Shown: positions 7,758-17,780, counted from the first letter of the stretch. The stretch is 36,160 bases of DNA from Candidatus Muiribacteriota bacterium (GCA_051747805.1 JBNJGP010000018.1:1-36160); one strand, 5' to 3'. The notes: generated from the sequence alone by a model not told the origin. Made by a program: numbers and translations.

Positions 7758-10368
7758 GTTTTATATGATAAAAATACACCCCTGAAGAAACAGGCTGACC
7801 GCGGTTATTATCCAGAGGCCAGATTATGCGGTAATTATCACCGTTTTTGATAAATTCACCTTTATTAATCTTTCTTACTCTTCTACCTGAACTTTCATAT
7901 ATTATAATTTCAGGGTTGATTGAATTTGTAGTGAAATTTATATTAACAAAGTTACTGGCTGGATTTGGATATACTTGAGTATTCTGTATATTTGTGGCGG
8001 ATTCCCGAGGTGCTGTGGCAACTTTTTTGGTTTTATTTTCAAAATAATCAACCGATTCCAGTTTAAACTCATTATCAGCCCTCTGAAGTTCTATTAAAAA
8101 TTCTTTTCTGGAAGAATGCTGAATTTTTTTTCCTTCTAAATTATAAACTACTGTTTCAACCGGAGATTTATCCTGTATTTGAACTTTAGCAAAATATTTA
8201 TCCAGATAATCAACTTTTATGTCTGGGGGGGTTTTATCCTGTATAAGCTGATATGTTCCTGATTTGTTTATATCTGCCTTTAACTTATTGTTTTCTTCTT
8301 TAAATTCAAGCATTTTATATTCGTTTTCATCTAACATAAATATACCAGATTTTTCTTTTTTATAAAAAAATATTTCTGCATCAAAACCAACTTCCTCAAA
8401 TGTATCTATCTGAATTTTATCTTTTGACCCATGAACAAAAAACTTGGTTTTATCCTGTGAGGCAGCACTTAACATTACCTGACCGCCTGGAGTATCAACA
8501 TGTATATTTTTTCCAGATTCATACTGGGCAACGTTAAATAAATATTCTTTTTTTATCTCTATTCCGTCTGGATATGATACTTTTATTTCTGCACGATAAT
8601 TTCCGGTTTCTTTAATTTTAAACGAGGAGCCATGTCTGTATTTTGTATCAGGTAGCTTTAATATTTCAAGCTCTTCTGTATCCTCTGAGGGATAAATAAC
8701 TTCCCCACCCGCTTCTCCGTCAGCATGAATATTGACATGCAGATAATCCGGTACAAAAGGCGAGGGATACATTCCTATTGAAACTTCTGGTAACACAAAA
8801 TTTATATTATATTTTTTCCCGACAAAATCCACATAATCACTTAATTTATCAACATACTCCTCTTCAGACCTGTTTATATAAAGAGGCGGGTCATAGTCTC
8901 CTTCAAGTTTCAAATTATTTGAAACATCTGAAAGTATAATTATAAGTTCATCTCCTTTTAAATAAGGTTCTGACCATTTTAATGTGTTATTTTCAGCATT
9001 TATGTTAATTTCCTCATATTCTTTTACAAATTCCCCTTTATTGTACATAAACAACCTTATATTTATTTTATCCTCTGGGTTCAAATCTACAAACTCCCAG
9101 TACATATATTTTGAGGGCCAGAACCTCTCTCCGATTCTATAGGCTATGCTCCCTCCCATTCTAAGCTGGGGTTTATTTTTAAGTTTTATTCTTGGTGACA
9201 CATGAAAATCTATTAACTTTTCATTAAACTCTGTTTCTTCTGGTTTCATACTTTTTAAAAAAGACGGTACATCAACTTTCTTTATATAGTACCTATCAGA
9301 AATTGAGGGATTATTTAAAAAAAATGCTGTGTTAAAATCGTTAAAAACCTTTGTTATTTCTTCTGAAATAAAATCTTCTATTATTTGGACTCCTGATTCA
9401 TGATGATGAATTATATTTCCTAAAAGACCTTCATTATTATCCCCGGCTCCAAAATTATCATCTAAATACTTAAAAAATAATGCTGCTTTTCCTAAATCTT
9501 TCCTAGAAATTCCAAACATGCCGAAAGAATGTTCAAATATATTTACACTGTTTTCCGGATTTGAAGCAAGTGAGTTTAGATAAGATATGTTGAACTTACC
9601 TGTTGCTACCATTTCAGCATAAGCTGCAAGACCATAATCCATCCACAGTGGAGGAATTTCAGGTTCATATCCAGCCGTCTGATTTTCTATAATCCCCATC
9701 GTAAAATGAAGCATTCTGAAGTATTCCCTTGATAATAGATTATAAACCGGGTTGAACCCTCCATCTGTTTCCTCAAAATAATTAAAAAGATATGAGTTCA
9801 GATATATTATCCTTGACTCGTTACTATATTCAAAATCATCTGAACTTAAATAATCAAGCGGGGAAAAATAAGCTTCAGCGGGGTTTACTGGATTTCCACT
9901 ATCGTCGTACTGTTGCTGGTCTTTAAAAGAGCCATATTCAGGTGAGGAAAAATCTCCTAAATCGGTAATTAGTATTATTATTTTCCCACCGCCATGATGA
10001 GCTGGAGTAGAGTTTTTTGAAAATTTGTTCTGAAGTCTTTCCATAAATCCATTCTGCTGTTCAAACTTTGTTAATAGTTTATCTAAATAGTTATCATCTA
10101 TAAAATCTATATTTATATCATGGAAAATATAGGCCTGCTCTCCTGCAAAGGTGCACATGGCATGAATTAATTCGTATGAATTCTGACTGTTTAATTTCCA
10201 GAAGCTTTTTACATCCCCTACTCCATAGTCAGGAGTTGAGGGAACCGTGTTTATATTACGATTTCTGACATGCTGTCTTTCAAATTCTATTCTTTCTCTA
10301 ATTAAAGATGTACTGTACGTTAAAATTAAAAAATTTATAATAAAAAAAAATATTATTACCCTTTTCAT
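7711..10368 (-). CDS. Secreted peptidase-like protein with degenerate zinc site and C-terminal FlgD-Ig/T9SS-CTD-like domain
   Basis: Signal peptide; paralogous to 6300..7757; C-terminus VYPNP..IIIYESSGRRVRKI..WPLDNNRGQPVSSGVYFY. Confidence 0.72.
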   Translation of the reverse strand: MKRVIIFFFIINFLILTYSTSLIRERIEFERQHVRNRNINTVPSTPDYGVGDVKSFWKLNSQNSYELIHAMCTFAGEQAYIFHDINIDFIDDNYLDKLLTKFEQQNGFMERLQNKFSKNSTPAHHGGGKIIILITDLGDFSSPEYGSFKDQQQYDDSGNPVNPAEAYFSPLDYLSSDDFEYSNESRIIYLNSYLFNYFEETDGGFNPVYNLLSREYFRMLHFTMGIIENQTAGYEPEIPPLWMDYGLAAYAEMVATGKFNISYLNSLASNPENSVNIFEHSFGMFGISRKDLGKAALFFKYLDDNFGAGDNNEGLLGNIIHHHESGVQIIEDFISEEITKVFNDFNTAFFLNNPSISDRYYIKKVDVPSFLKSMKPEETEFNEKLIDFHVSPRIKLKNKPQLRMGGSIAYRIGERFWPSKYMYWEFVDLNPEDKINIRLFMYNKGEFVKEYEEININAENNTLKWSEPYLKGDELIIILSDVSNNLKLEGDYDPPLYINRSEEEYVDKLSDYVDFVGKKYNINFVLPEVSIGMYPSPFVPDYLHVNIHADGEAGGEVIYPSEDTEELEILKLPDTKYRHGSSFKIKETGNYRAEIKVSYPDGIEIKKEYLFNVAQYESGKNIHVDTPGGQVMLSAASQDKTKFFVHGSKDKIQIDTFEEVGFDAEIFFYKKEKSGIFMLDENEYKMLEFKEENNKLKADINKSGTYQLIQDKTPPDIKVDYLDKYFAKVQIQDKSPVETVVYNLEGKKIQHSSRKEFLIELQRADNEFKLESVDYFENKTKKVATAPRESATNIQNTQVYPNPASNFVNINFTTNSINPEIIIYESSGRRVRKINKGEFIKNGDNYRIIWPLDNNRGQPVSSGVYFYHIKLDGKVYFEGKISIIY

Positions 10369-10375
10369 ATTTTTA

Positions 10376-10404
10376 ATTATCGGTGAAATAATAAAGAGTG
10401 CTTA
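10376..10404 (-). promoter_or_regulatory. Sigma28 (FliA)-like promoter, probably leaderless
   Basis: TAAG-N16-ACCGATAAT, then 7 nt to ATG 10368; no SD; same layout at 15097-15125. Confidence 0.6.
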
Positions 10405-10442
10405 AATATTAAGAAAATAAAAGTTTTTTTTAGCATGAAGCT

Positions 10443-10487
10443 GATGGGAGCCGTGAGAGGTGAGAAGTAAGAAGTGAGACGATGAGC
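10443..10487 (+). repeat. Heptamer/decamer intergenic repeat element, copy 1
   Basis: GATGGGAGCC-GTGAGAG-GTGAGAA-GTAAGAA-GTGAGAC-GAT; near-identical to the module at 35831-35878. Confidence 0.85.
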
Positions 10488-10505
10488 AGGAGATTAAAAT
10501 TTATA

Positions 10506-13500
10506 CTACTCAATTAATAAAATAAGCGTTTCCTCAGCATTTTGCTCCTTTATATCTGTATAGCTGACACGGACTTCAGCAGTATCATCATAATCTACCT
10601 CAGGAACATATATATATTCATCGCCTTCTGAGGCCACGCGCCCCTCGCCTGAATCGCTTCTTAAAAAACTCCAGTCAATATTTTCATGAAGAATAGACTT
10701 TGAAGCATTATTAACATAATTTGCCAGCACCTCAATATTTATTAAATCAAATGAATCTGGCAGCTGATGAGTTACTTCAGAAGGATTTAAACTTATTGAA
10801 TGAAGTTCAGGAATAATTATTATCTGTAAACTTGTATTTTCTTCTATTTCGCTCTCTTCATATGTTGCTCTTAAAATAGCCTGATTCTGTGTCTGCCCTT
10901 CATCTAAAGCAGCTGGCGCATTAAAACTTGTGCCGGATAATGTACCCACACCTGAGGTTTTATCCCATTGAATTTCTTCGGTTATATTTTTCTGGCTTCC
11001 ATCATTATATTCTCCCATAACCTGAACATTATCACTAAGATTCAAAGATTCACCTGTTAAAAGAACTAATTCTTCTTTATCTAAAAATATATTTTCAAGC
11101 TTTTTATTAATGTTTATTTTAAACTCTTTTGATACTCCACGGTATTTACATAAAAGAATATCCTGTCCTTCCCCTTGCGAGCTGTAGATTTTATTCGCAA
11201 TTGAGCCTTCACCAGAACTAATATCCCATGATATATTTTCTGATGCAACGTAACTTGAGCCATCACTGTAATGGGCATTTACTGAAACATTTCTTAAATC
11301 ATAATCTGTTCCTGCGGCAAGAGTTTTTCCGGTAGGATTAAGAATTATTTCAATAATTTCAGGAGTTATTTCAATTTGAAGCTGGCCTTTTTTTGAAATT
11401 AAATCCCCCTCTGCATTTTGATGAACATACTCAACTTCCAGTTCAGCATTTCCGGTATTTTCGGCATAAAATCTATTATCTGATATATTTCCTAAATTAG
11501 TTTTTTCAACCCAGTTTACATCTTCAACAATTCTGGAGGGACCTCCTCTATAATGTGCCTGAACCTGAATATTTGATAAATTAAAACTGTCTCCTTTTTC
11601 CATATACTCTTTATCTGGATTAATTGTTATATAATCAAGTTCAGCTAAATTATTTAACTTTATAATTGTTGACTGCTCCTGTGTTCCTTCTTTATATATT
11701 ATTTCAATATTAGTTTCTCCGGCCGAAGAAGGAGCTGTAAATATACTGCCAGTTAATTCACCGCTTCCAGAATTAATTTTATACTCTAAAGAGCTAACTT
11801 CACGTTTTGAGGCATCTTCATAATGAGCCTCATAAACAAAGTTAGAAAGATCCAGTGTGTTACCAACATCTACACTGTATTCTAATTGTGACGATGTCAG
11901 GTTTGTAAGAGCGGGTTTAGTTTCAATAATTAAGTCATCTTCTACGGTTTTTTCACCCAAACCTGTATAGGTTGTGTAAAAAGCAGTTACAACTGCAATA
12001 TCAGCTGTATCAGGGGCGGTGAATAAACTTCCATTTATATTTCCGTTTCCTGATTTTATTTCCCATTCATGTGGCTCAATATTAACAAGAGAGCCATCAT
12101 CATACTTAACAAAAACATCTATAGAATTCAAGTTATATTCTTGCTCTACAAAGAGTTCCAGTTTGTTTTTATCTATAAATAATGAAGCTGGAACCGGAGT
12201 TACATTAATTATAAAATCACCTGTATAATAGTTCCCTCCGTCTTCAACTTGTGCCCTCAATACAACTGTTCCGCTTGTATTATGTGCTGTAAAAATATTT
12301 CCATCAAGAGTTCCCGGACCACTTTGATGGCTCCAGCTCACTTCAGGAGCAACTTTTGTACTGCCATCTATATAGTTTATTATTACATCATTATTTATTA
12401 AATAATAATCCTCACCAACAGTTATACTAATTTCAGGCTCTTTAAATGTGATTTTTGAAACCTGCTTATTTATATTAACAGTCAAGGTTTCTCTCTGAGT
12501 AATTGTACCTTCTTTATATTGAGCCTCAAGCACGGCTGTACCACCCATTATACCCTCATAATATAAATCATTTATAATTCCTGGACCACTTTTAACTGTC
12601 CAAACTGGATTTACACTTTTATAAACTGGTTCTTCTTCATATTCGGCAGTTACTTTTATATCACGTAAATTTATTGTATCAGAGAGAAAAATATCGGCTT
12701 CTGCTTTATCCAGACGCAAATCTATAAGTTTTCTTCCTACTGTTACACTTATTGTGGAAGAACTTCCCCGCCCTGCCTCTGTATATCTAACCTCAAGTAG
12801 TGCATCGCCTGTTGTATCTGCATTAAATACATTATCAGTAATTTCACCAACTCCGGATTTTTTTACCCATTTCACATTATCAACAGTTCTTGGAGGAGCG
12901 TCTTCATATACTGCCTCTACCTGAATATTGTTTAAATTATACTCTTTGTTTTTATTCAAATTTAAAATATCCTCAGAAATTGTTATATAATCAAGAGTTC
13001 TTAGATTATTATCCACAGTTATTGTCTGAGAAACAATTCCTTCGCCCTGATGACTTCCCATAACTGGAATTATTTTTAATACCACATTATTTTTATTTCC
13101 TGAAACATCAATATCTGAATGCCATGTAATTCTCTGCATACTTGCATCCAGGGCCTCAATCTGTCCGGAAATATTATTTGATCTTGAGTAACTTAATCCC
13201 CCGTTTGTAGAATAATAAAAATTAATCCTGTCTGTTGTACCAAAGGGATTTACAATTTTATAATCTATTGAAATATCTGAATTTGAGCCGTATATTCTTT
13301 CTATATAGGCAATTATAGTTTCTTCGCCAGTTAACTCTACTACAAAATCCTCTGTATAAGTTACATCGTTCTCAGTATATATACATCTTAAAACTGCATC
13401 AGAGCTTACTCCCTCATCCCGGAAATAAACAAAGTTATTGTTAAACTCATTTACTATACCACCACCTTCTCTAACTAACCACTCGGTGGGAAGAACCTGT

Positions 13501-14321
13501 CTTTCTGTATCATCATTATAGGTGGCTATTACTTTTACTTCTGATAAATCAAAATATCCACCTACATGCTCGGCTTTTTCAGGCTCAAGTCTTATACCGG
13601 TTAAAGTGTTATAAACATTGATATTTAAAAAAGCCTCAGCTTCTACACCATTTTCCGGGTAAGTTATTTTTAATTTAACATCTGAATGTTTATGAGGTGC
13701 CTTAAATATATTATTTTCAACTTCCCCATCTCCTGAAACAATTTCATATTCAACATTATCAACTATTATTTCTGTAAAATTATGATATCTGGCCCTTACT
13801 TCAATATTTGAAAGGTCCAGTTCTTCGTTTACCTGTACATTAACTTTTTGGGTAGAAAGAACTATATCTGTTAAAACTCTTCTACCAGTATTATCAACTT
13901 TGAATTTTTCTGTTTCTACAGGAGCTCCTGAAATATCACCGTCCTCAGCAGTTAACTCTACTGTAATCATCGCCTCTGACGTTATATCAAGCGAAGAATG
14001 CCATATAATTTTTTTATCATTTCCCGGTTTAACTTGGGTGGTTTCTCCAGAAACATTTGCTGTAGTGATAAAATTTTCGGCTGTATCTTTCACATAGGCC
14101 ACGTTAATATTAAATAATGAATCAATAGAATATTGCAGGTTATATAATATTTCAATATCGCTTTCATTTCCTTTAACTCTGATATTTGAAATTTGTGGCG
14201 GGTCTCCAACTGGTAAGGGTTCTGTGTATTTTACACTTGAGGGTTTTGTATTACAGGCAACAAGCATCAAAAGTGCTGTAAATGTGAATATTAAAAAATA
14301 AATTGTTGAATTTTTTTTCAT
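10506..14321 (-). CDS. Giant lipoprotein of tandem bacterial Ig-like repeats (putative adhesin or surface scaffold)
   Basis: Lipobox LVAC. About 11 repeats of ~90 aa (L..I.l...dL.ni.V.A.Y.dg...W...sG.G.i...f.a...l...Y) plus 2 copies of a second domain (G..SDI.I.Y...WHS..D...VDN). Confidence 0.85.
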   Translation of the reverse strand: MKKNSTIYFLIFTFTALLMLVACNTKPSSVKYTEPLPVGDPPQISNIRVKGNESDIEILYNLQYSIDSLFNINVAYVKDTAENFITTANVSGETTQVKPGNDKKIIWHSSLDITSEAMITVELTAEDGDISGAPVETEKFKVDNTGRRVLTDIVLSTQKVNVQVNEELDLSNIEVRARYHNFTEIIVDNVEYEIVSGDGEVENNIFKAPHKHSDVKLKITYPENGVEAEAFLNINVYNTLTGIRLEPEKAEHVGGYFDLSEVKVIATYNDDTERQVLPTEWLVREGGGIVNEFNNNFVYFRDEGVSSDAVLRCIYTENDVTYTEDFVVELTGEETIIAYIERIYGSNSDISIDYKIVNPFGTTDRINFYYSTNGGLSYSRSNNISGQIEALDASMQRITWHSDIDVSGNKNNVVLKIIPVMGSHQGEGIVSQTITVDNNLRTLDYITISEDILNLNKNKEYNLNNIQVEAVYEDAPPRTVDNVKWVKKSGVGEITDNVFNADTTGDALLEVRYTEAGRGSSSTISVTVGRKLIDLRLDKAEADIFLSDTINLRDIKVTAEYEEEPVYKSVNPVWTVKSGPGIINDLYYEGIMGGTAVLEAQYKEGTITQRETLTVNINKQVSKITFKEPEISITVGEDYYLINNDVIINYIDGSTKVAPEVSWSHQSGPGTLDGNIFTAHNTSGTVVLRAQVEDGGNYYTGDFIINVTPVPASLFIDKNKLELFVEQEYNLNSIDVFVKYDDGSLVNIEPHEWEIKSGNGNINGSLFTAPDTADIAVVTAFYTTYTGLGEKTVEDDLIIETKPALTNLTSSQLEYSVDVGNTLDLSNFVYEAHYEDASKREVSSLEYKINSGSGELTGSIFTAPSSAGETNIEIIYKEGTQEQSTIIKLNNLAELDYITINPDKEYMEKGDSFNLSNIQVQAHYRGGPSRIVEDVNWVEKTNLGNISDNRFYAENTGNAELEVEYVHQNAEGDLISKKGQLQIEITPEIIEIILNPTGKTLAAGTDYDLRNVSVNAHYSDGSSYVASENISWDISSGEGSIANKIYSSQGEGQDILLCKYRGVSKEFKININKKLENIFLDKEELVLLTGESLNLSDNVQVMGEYNDGSQKNITEEIQWDKTSGVGTLSGTSFNAPAALDEGQTQNQAILRATYEESEIEENTSLQIIIIPELHSISLNPSEVTHQLPDSFDLINIEVLANYVNNASKSILHENIDWSFLRSDSGEGRVASEGDEYIYVPEVDYDDTAEVRVSYTDIKEQNAEETLILLIE

Positions 14322-14327
14322 AAATTT

Positions 14328-15089
14328 TTACTCAAAATAAAATTTTATTCCAAAACTCCATATATAATTTTTATAATCAACTTTATAAATTTTGTTTTTT
14401 ATATTTAAAGATGCTTCCCCTGAAAAGTTCTTTGCTACTTCAAAAAAAACGGAAAAATCTTCCCTCTCATAATATTCTAAACCATAAAAGGCAAAAGGTG
14501 AATATTTTATTTCTTTTACTTCAGAGGAAGTCCGCCCTGGCTCATTTAAAGTATGTACTATTTCAATTCTTGAAAAACCTATTCCAGAATAAGGAATTAA
14601 TCTTTTATAAATTAGCGGACTAAACTTTACAGACGCGCTTAAGGGGGTAATTTCTAAATTATAACTTGATTCAGGCACACCAAAAAAGGCTCCATTACCA
14701 CGGCTTTTATAAGTCGTTTTTCTAAAATCAAAAGCAATTTTCTGATTTCGCTGATATCCTACCCCCCATTGATAAAATGGTTCTTTTTCAACATATGCAA
14801 AGCTTGTTGAGGCAGGTTGAAAAATCCCTGCTGAAAAATTCAAATAACTTCTTTTGGCTATATTAATTATTGGACCCTTATCTTTTTTTACTTCTCTTAA
14901 CTCATATAATCCAGGAATCACATTAGAAGAAGAAAGCTCCGGGTGTACCGTATTAACCTTATATTTTCTGGGAGCTCTATCTTTTCTTCTCTGCAGCAGT
15001 TCGCGGGCGTGTATTCCCTCCTGGCTTCCCTGTACATTAAAAGCTGTAAATATATATAATATGATTAATATTTTTAATTTTTTTTTCAT
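14328..15089 (-). CDS. Outer-membrane beta-barrel protein (small, OmpW/OmpA-like)
   Basis: Signal peptide, alternating beta-strand pattern, PYSGIG motif, C-terminal aromatic beta-signal WSFGIKFYFE. Confidence 0.7.
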   Translation of the reverse strand: MKKKLKILIILYIFTAFNVQGSQEGIHARELLQRRKDRAPRKYKVNTVHPELSSSNVIPGLYELREVKKDKGPIINIAKRSYLNFSAGIFQPASTSFAYVEKEPFYQWGVGYQRNQKIAFDFRKTTYKSRGNGAFFGVPESSYNLEITPLSASVKFSPLIYKRLIPYSGIGFSRIEIVHTLNEPGRTSSEVKEIKYSPFAFYGLEYYEREDFSVFFEVAKNFSGEASLNIKNKIYKVDYKNYIWSFGIKFYFE

Positions 15090-15096
15090 TGAATTG

Positions 15097-15125
15097 ATTA
15101 TCGGTTATGGGAGATTTTTTTTTTA
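15097..15125 (-). promoter_or_regulatory. Sigma28 (FliA)-like promoter, probably leaderless
   Basis: TAAA-N16-ACCGATAAT, then 7 nt to ATG 15089; no SD. Confidence 0.6.
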
Positions 15126-15130
15126 ATTAA

Positions 15131-15165
15131 TAAAAAAGACCACAGAAAGACTTTTCTGCGGTCTT
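15131..15165 (-). terminator. Rho-independent terminator
   Basis: Minus strand reads AAGACCGCAGAAA-agtc-TTTCTGTGGTCTT followed by a T-run, just downstream of the stop at 15197. Confidence 0.85.
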
Positions 15166-15196
15166 ATCAAATAATTAATACATATAAAAAGCTTAC

Positions 15197-16102
15197 TTAT
15201 TTATAATTTACTCTTACACTTCTAACTCTTACATCACCGCCACGGATCTTAAGATGAGCGTCCCAGTCCATTTCTTTATCCCAGACATAAAAAGTATCAT
15301 ATGAAAAACTTCTTATAGTTTTAGAGCCTTGATACATACCATCAATATAAAGTTCTCCTCTGACAAAATCCTCTTCTGTGCTCCATGATACACTTATGCT
15401 TCGGATTTCTCTGCCTTTTTCAAGATTAAGTCTGACCCTGGAACCATCCCAGTAGTTACCGGCTGCCCCAATTACATAGCTTCTATCCTCAAAATCTTCA
15501 AATAAAAGGGCTCTTACATCTACAGCATTTTCATTTTCTGCAACAAATTCATTATATTTATCCTTTAAAACATCAACCTCATCAGCCTGATTATTTATGG
15601 CTAAAACAGCTGGTAAAACAATTGACTGTTCATCAGCACTCATTGAATTTAACTTAGAAAGTGCTTTATGATGTTCTATTTCATTATTCTTGGCTAAATT
15701 TAAATATTGTGTAATTTCATTATCACCACGGAAGTCGTCCTGCTTATAACTTATATAAGCTCTGCGGATTCTAACCTTTCCCGAAGTAACCCTAAGCTCC
15801 ATTCTAAATCCTGGAGTATCGTTAATATAAAATTTATCCCATGAAAACCATACGTTTTTGGAACCGTAATAGAAATGGTCCACCCAGAGTTCAACCCTGC
15901 TGTCTCTATTTTCACTTTCATCCAACCATGAAAATTCTATATATTCAACCGGACGATTATAGTCAAAATCAATGTTAACTTTTTCTCCTTCAGAATATGT
16001 TCCCCATATAAACGGAACGTTTCCTCTGTCATTATCGTTTTCGCCGGCTATAAGGCCAAATGACAGAATCAGCATGAAAATAAATAAAGTTATTTTTTTC
16101 AT
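15197..16102 (-). CDS. Exported protein with two copies of a small beta-sandwich domain flanking a helical linker
   Basis: ATG 16102 behind a GGGGGA RBS; signal peptide; internal repeat (G..SEG..V...I..SW.....R.EL..D..Y.GSK...DKFY...L.V..G.VR.R...Y). Confidence 0.75.
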   Translation of the reverse strand: MKKITLFIFMLILSFGLIAGENDNDRGNVPFIWGTYSEGEKVNIDFDYNRPVEYIEFSWLDESENRDSRVELWVDHFYYGSKNVWFSWDKFYINDTPGFRMELRVTSGKVRIRRAYISYKQDDFRGDNEITQYLNLAKNNEIEHHKALSKLNSMSADEQSIVLPAVLAINNQADEVDVLKDKYNEFVAENENAVDVRALLFEDFEDRSYVIGAAGNYWDGSRVRLNLEKGREIRSISVSWSTEEDFVRGELYIDGMYQGSKTIRSFSYDTFYVWDKEMDWDAHLKIRGGDVRVRSVRVNYK

Positions 16103-16133
16103 ATTTCCCCCTGTTTTAGTTTGATTTGAAACT

Positions 16134-16162
16134 ATTATAATGTACAATAATATTTATGTCAA
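16134..16162 (-). promoter_or_regulatory. Perfect consensus sigma70 promoter
   Basis: TTGACA (16162-16157), N17, TATAAT (16139-16134). Confidence 0.85.
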
Positions 16163-16165
16163 TCA

Positions 16166-16837
16166 TTATATTTTCACTTTATTTATTCTGATTCCATCTT
16201 CTGTGGATTTAAAAAAGTGAATCCTCGGGCTGTATTGATTCGTTACATGTTTCATAAACTCATTTGTTGCAAGTGCTGCTGTTAGCATAACATTGGGCGC
16301 AACATTTACTGTTTTACTTTCTTCTGGAGTTTCAGGTATAATATTTCTAAGATTCAAACCGCGATTTCCTTCAACAATTAATACCTGTCCATGATTTCTA
16401 TTTACGCCGGCATGAACAAGAATTTTATCGTTTTCAACAGAGTAGTCGTTTAAAAGAAATTTTGTTTTAAAATTATCACAACAGTCAAAAATATAATCAA
16501 AGTTATCAAGATTATTTATGGTTTCTTTGTTTATTTCCTCAATTTTATAGCTTATCTGAAGATTATAAAATCTATCTTTTATTTTTTCAAAAAGAAGGGA
16601 GGCTTTATATTTTCCAATATCCGCCTCGCCAAACATAAACTGTCTGTTAAGATTTGAAAGTTCAAGCTTATCTTTATCAAATATTGTAATTTTTTTCACA
16701 CCCAGAGATAACAGGTTCTGCACAACAGGAGTTCCAAGGCCACCGGCACCAACTATTGCTATATTTAGTTCAGAAAATTTCTGAGCTCCTTCCTTGCCAA
16801 GATGTTCAATATTTTTTTCAAATATTTTCGAGTCCAT
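16166..16837 (-). CDS. ThiF/MoeB/HesA family adenylyltransferase
   Basis: IVGAGGLG, DKDKLELSNLNRQ, DCCDNFKTKFLLND. Confidence 0.9.
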   Translation of the reverse strand: MDSKIFEKNIEHLGKEGAQKFSELNIAIVGAGGLGTPVVQNLLSLGVKKITIFDKDKLELSNLNRQFMFGEADIGKYKASLLFEKIKDRFYNLQISYKIEEINKETINNLDNFDYIFDCCDNFKTKFLLNDYSVENDKILVHAGVNRNHGQVLIVEGNRGLNLRNIIPETPEESKTVNVAPNVMLTAALATNEFMKHVTNQYSPRIHFFKSTEDGIRINKVKI

Positions 16838-16849
16838 TTCCCCTCCTTA

Positions 16850-17767
16850 TTATTCTTTACGCTCTAAAAGATTATAAACACTTCCATATATTCCGGCAAG
16901 CTCACCTGCCTGAGCTAATTTTATATCAAAACCATTAAATGAATATGACAAAGAGTATTTTTTTATCTCTTTTTCCAATATGTTTAAAAGAAAATCCCCG
17001 GCCTGAGAAACTCCTCCGCCTATAATTACCGCCTCGGGGTTTAAAAGATTAACAACATTTGATATTCCACGACCTAAATGTGTACAAATGAAATTAACGC
17101 CTTCTAAAGCAAGTTTATCTCCCTTTCTTGCCCCCTCAAAAATTTCTTTTGCCTGAATATTTTTTTCTTTTTTTAAAACAGAGTTACTATTGTTGAGTTT
17201 TGTTTCTATATAATTAATAAGGGCTGTTGCAGAGGCATACTGCTCAAGACACCCTCTCTTTCCACAGCCACATTTTCTGCCATTATACTCAATATTCATA
17301 TGACCAATTTCACCTGCATTATTAGAAACGCCACCGTAGAATTTATTATTAATAAAAAAAGCACCGCCAACTCCAGTTCCAATTGTAAGCATGAAAAATT
17401 CCCTGTAGTTTTTGGCCACGCCTTTCCATTTTTCGCCACATATTGCCATATTTACATCATTATCAATAATCACTGGAATTTTTAAAGAATTTTGCAGTTT
17501 TTCTTTTAAATTTATATTATTCCAGCCAAGATTTGGTGCAGTTACAATTAAACCTTTTCTGTTGACGGTTCCAGGAAAACCTATTCCAACACCTTCGATT
17601 TCAAATTCATTCATAAAATCTTTTATAAAAAGTAAAAATTTATTAAAAATATATTCAAACCCCTTTTCTGCTTCTGTTTTCATTCTGTTTTCCTGCATCA
17701 GTCGGCCATTTTTATTTAAAACGGCCCCTCTTATATTTGTTCCACCAAAATCAATTCCCAAATACAT
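16850..17767 (-). CDS. ROK-family sugar kinase (glucokinase-like)
   Basis: GIDFGGT, DNDVN, GTGVGG, GEIGH, CGCGKRGCLE. Confidence 0.93.
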   Translation of the reverse strand: MYLGIDFGGTNIRGAVLNKNGRLMQENRMKTEAEKGFEYIFNKFLLFIKDFMNEFEIEGVGIGFPGTVNRKGLIVTAPNLGWNNINLKEKLQNSLKIPVIIDNDVNMAICGEKWKGVAKNYREFFMLTIGTGVGGAFFINNKFYGGVSNNAGEIGHMNIEYNGRKCGCGKRGCLEQYASATALINYIETKLNNSNSVLKKEKNIQAKEIFEGARKGDKLALEGVNFICTHLGRGISNVVNLLNPEAVIIGGGVSQAGDFLLNILEKEIKKYSLSYSFNGFDIKLAQAGELAGIYGSVYNLLERKE

Positions 17768-17780
17768 TTTTTCTCCTGTA

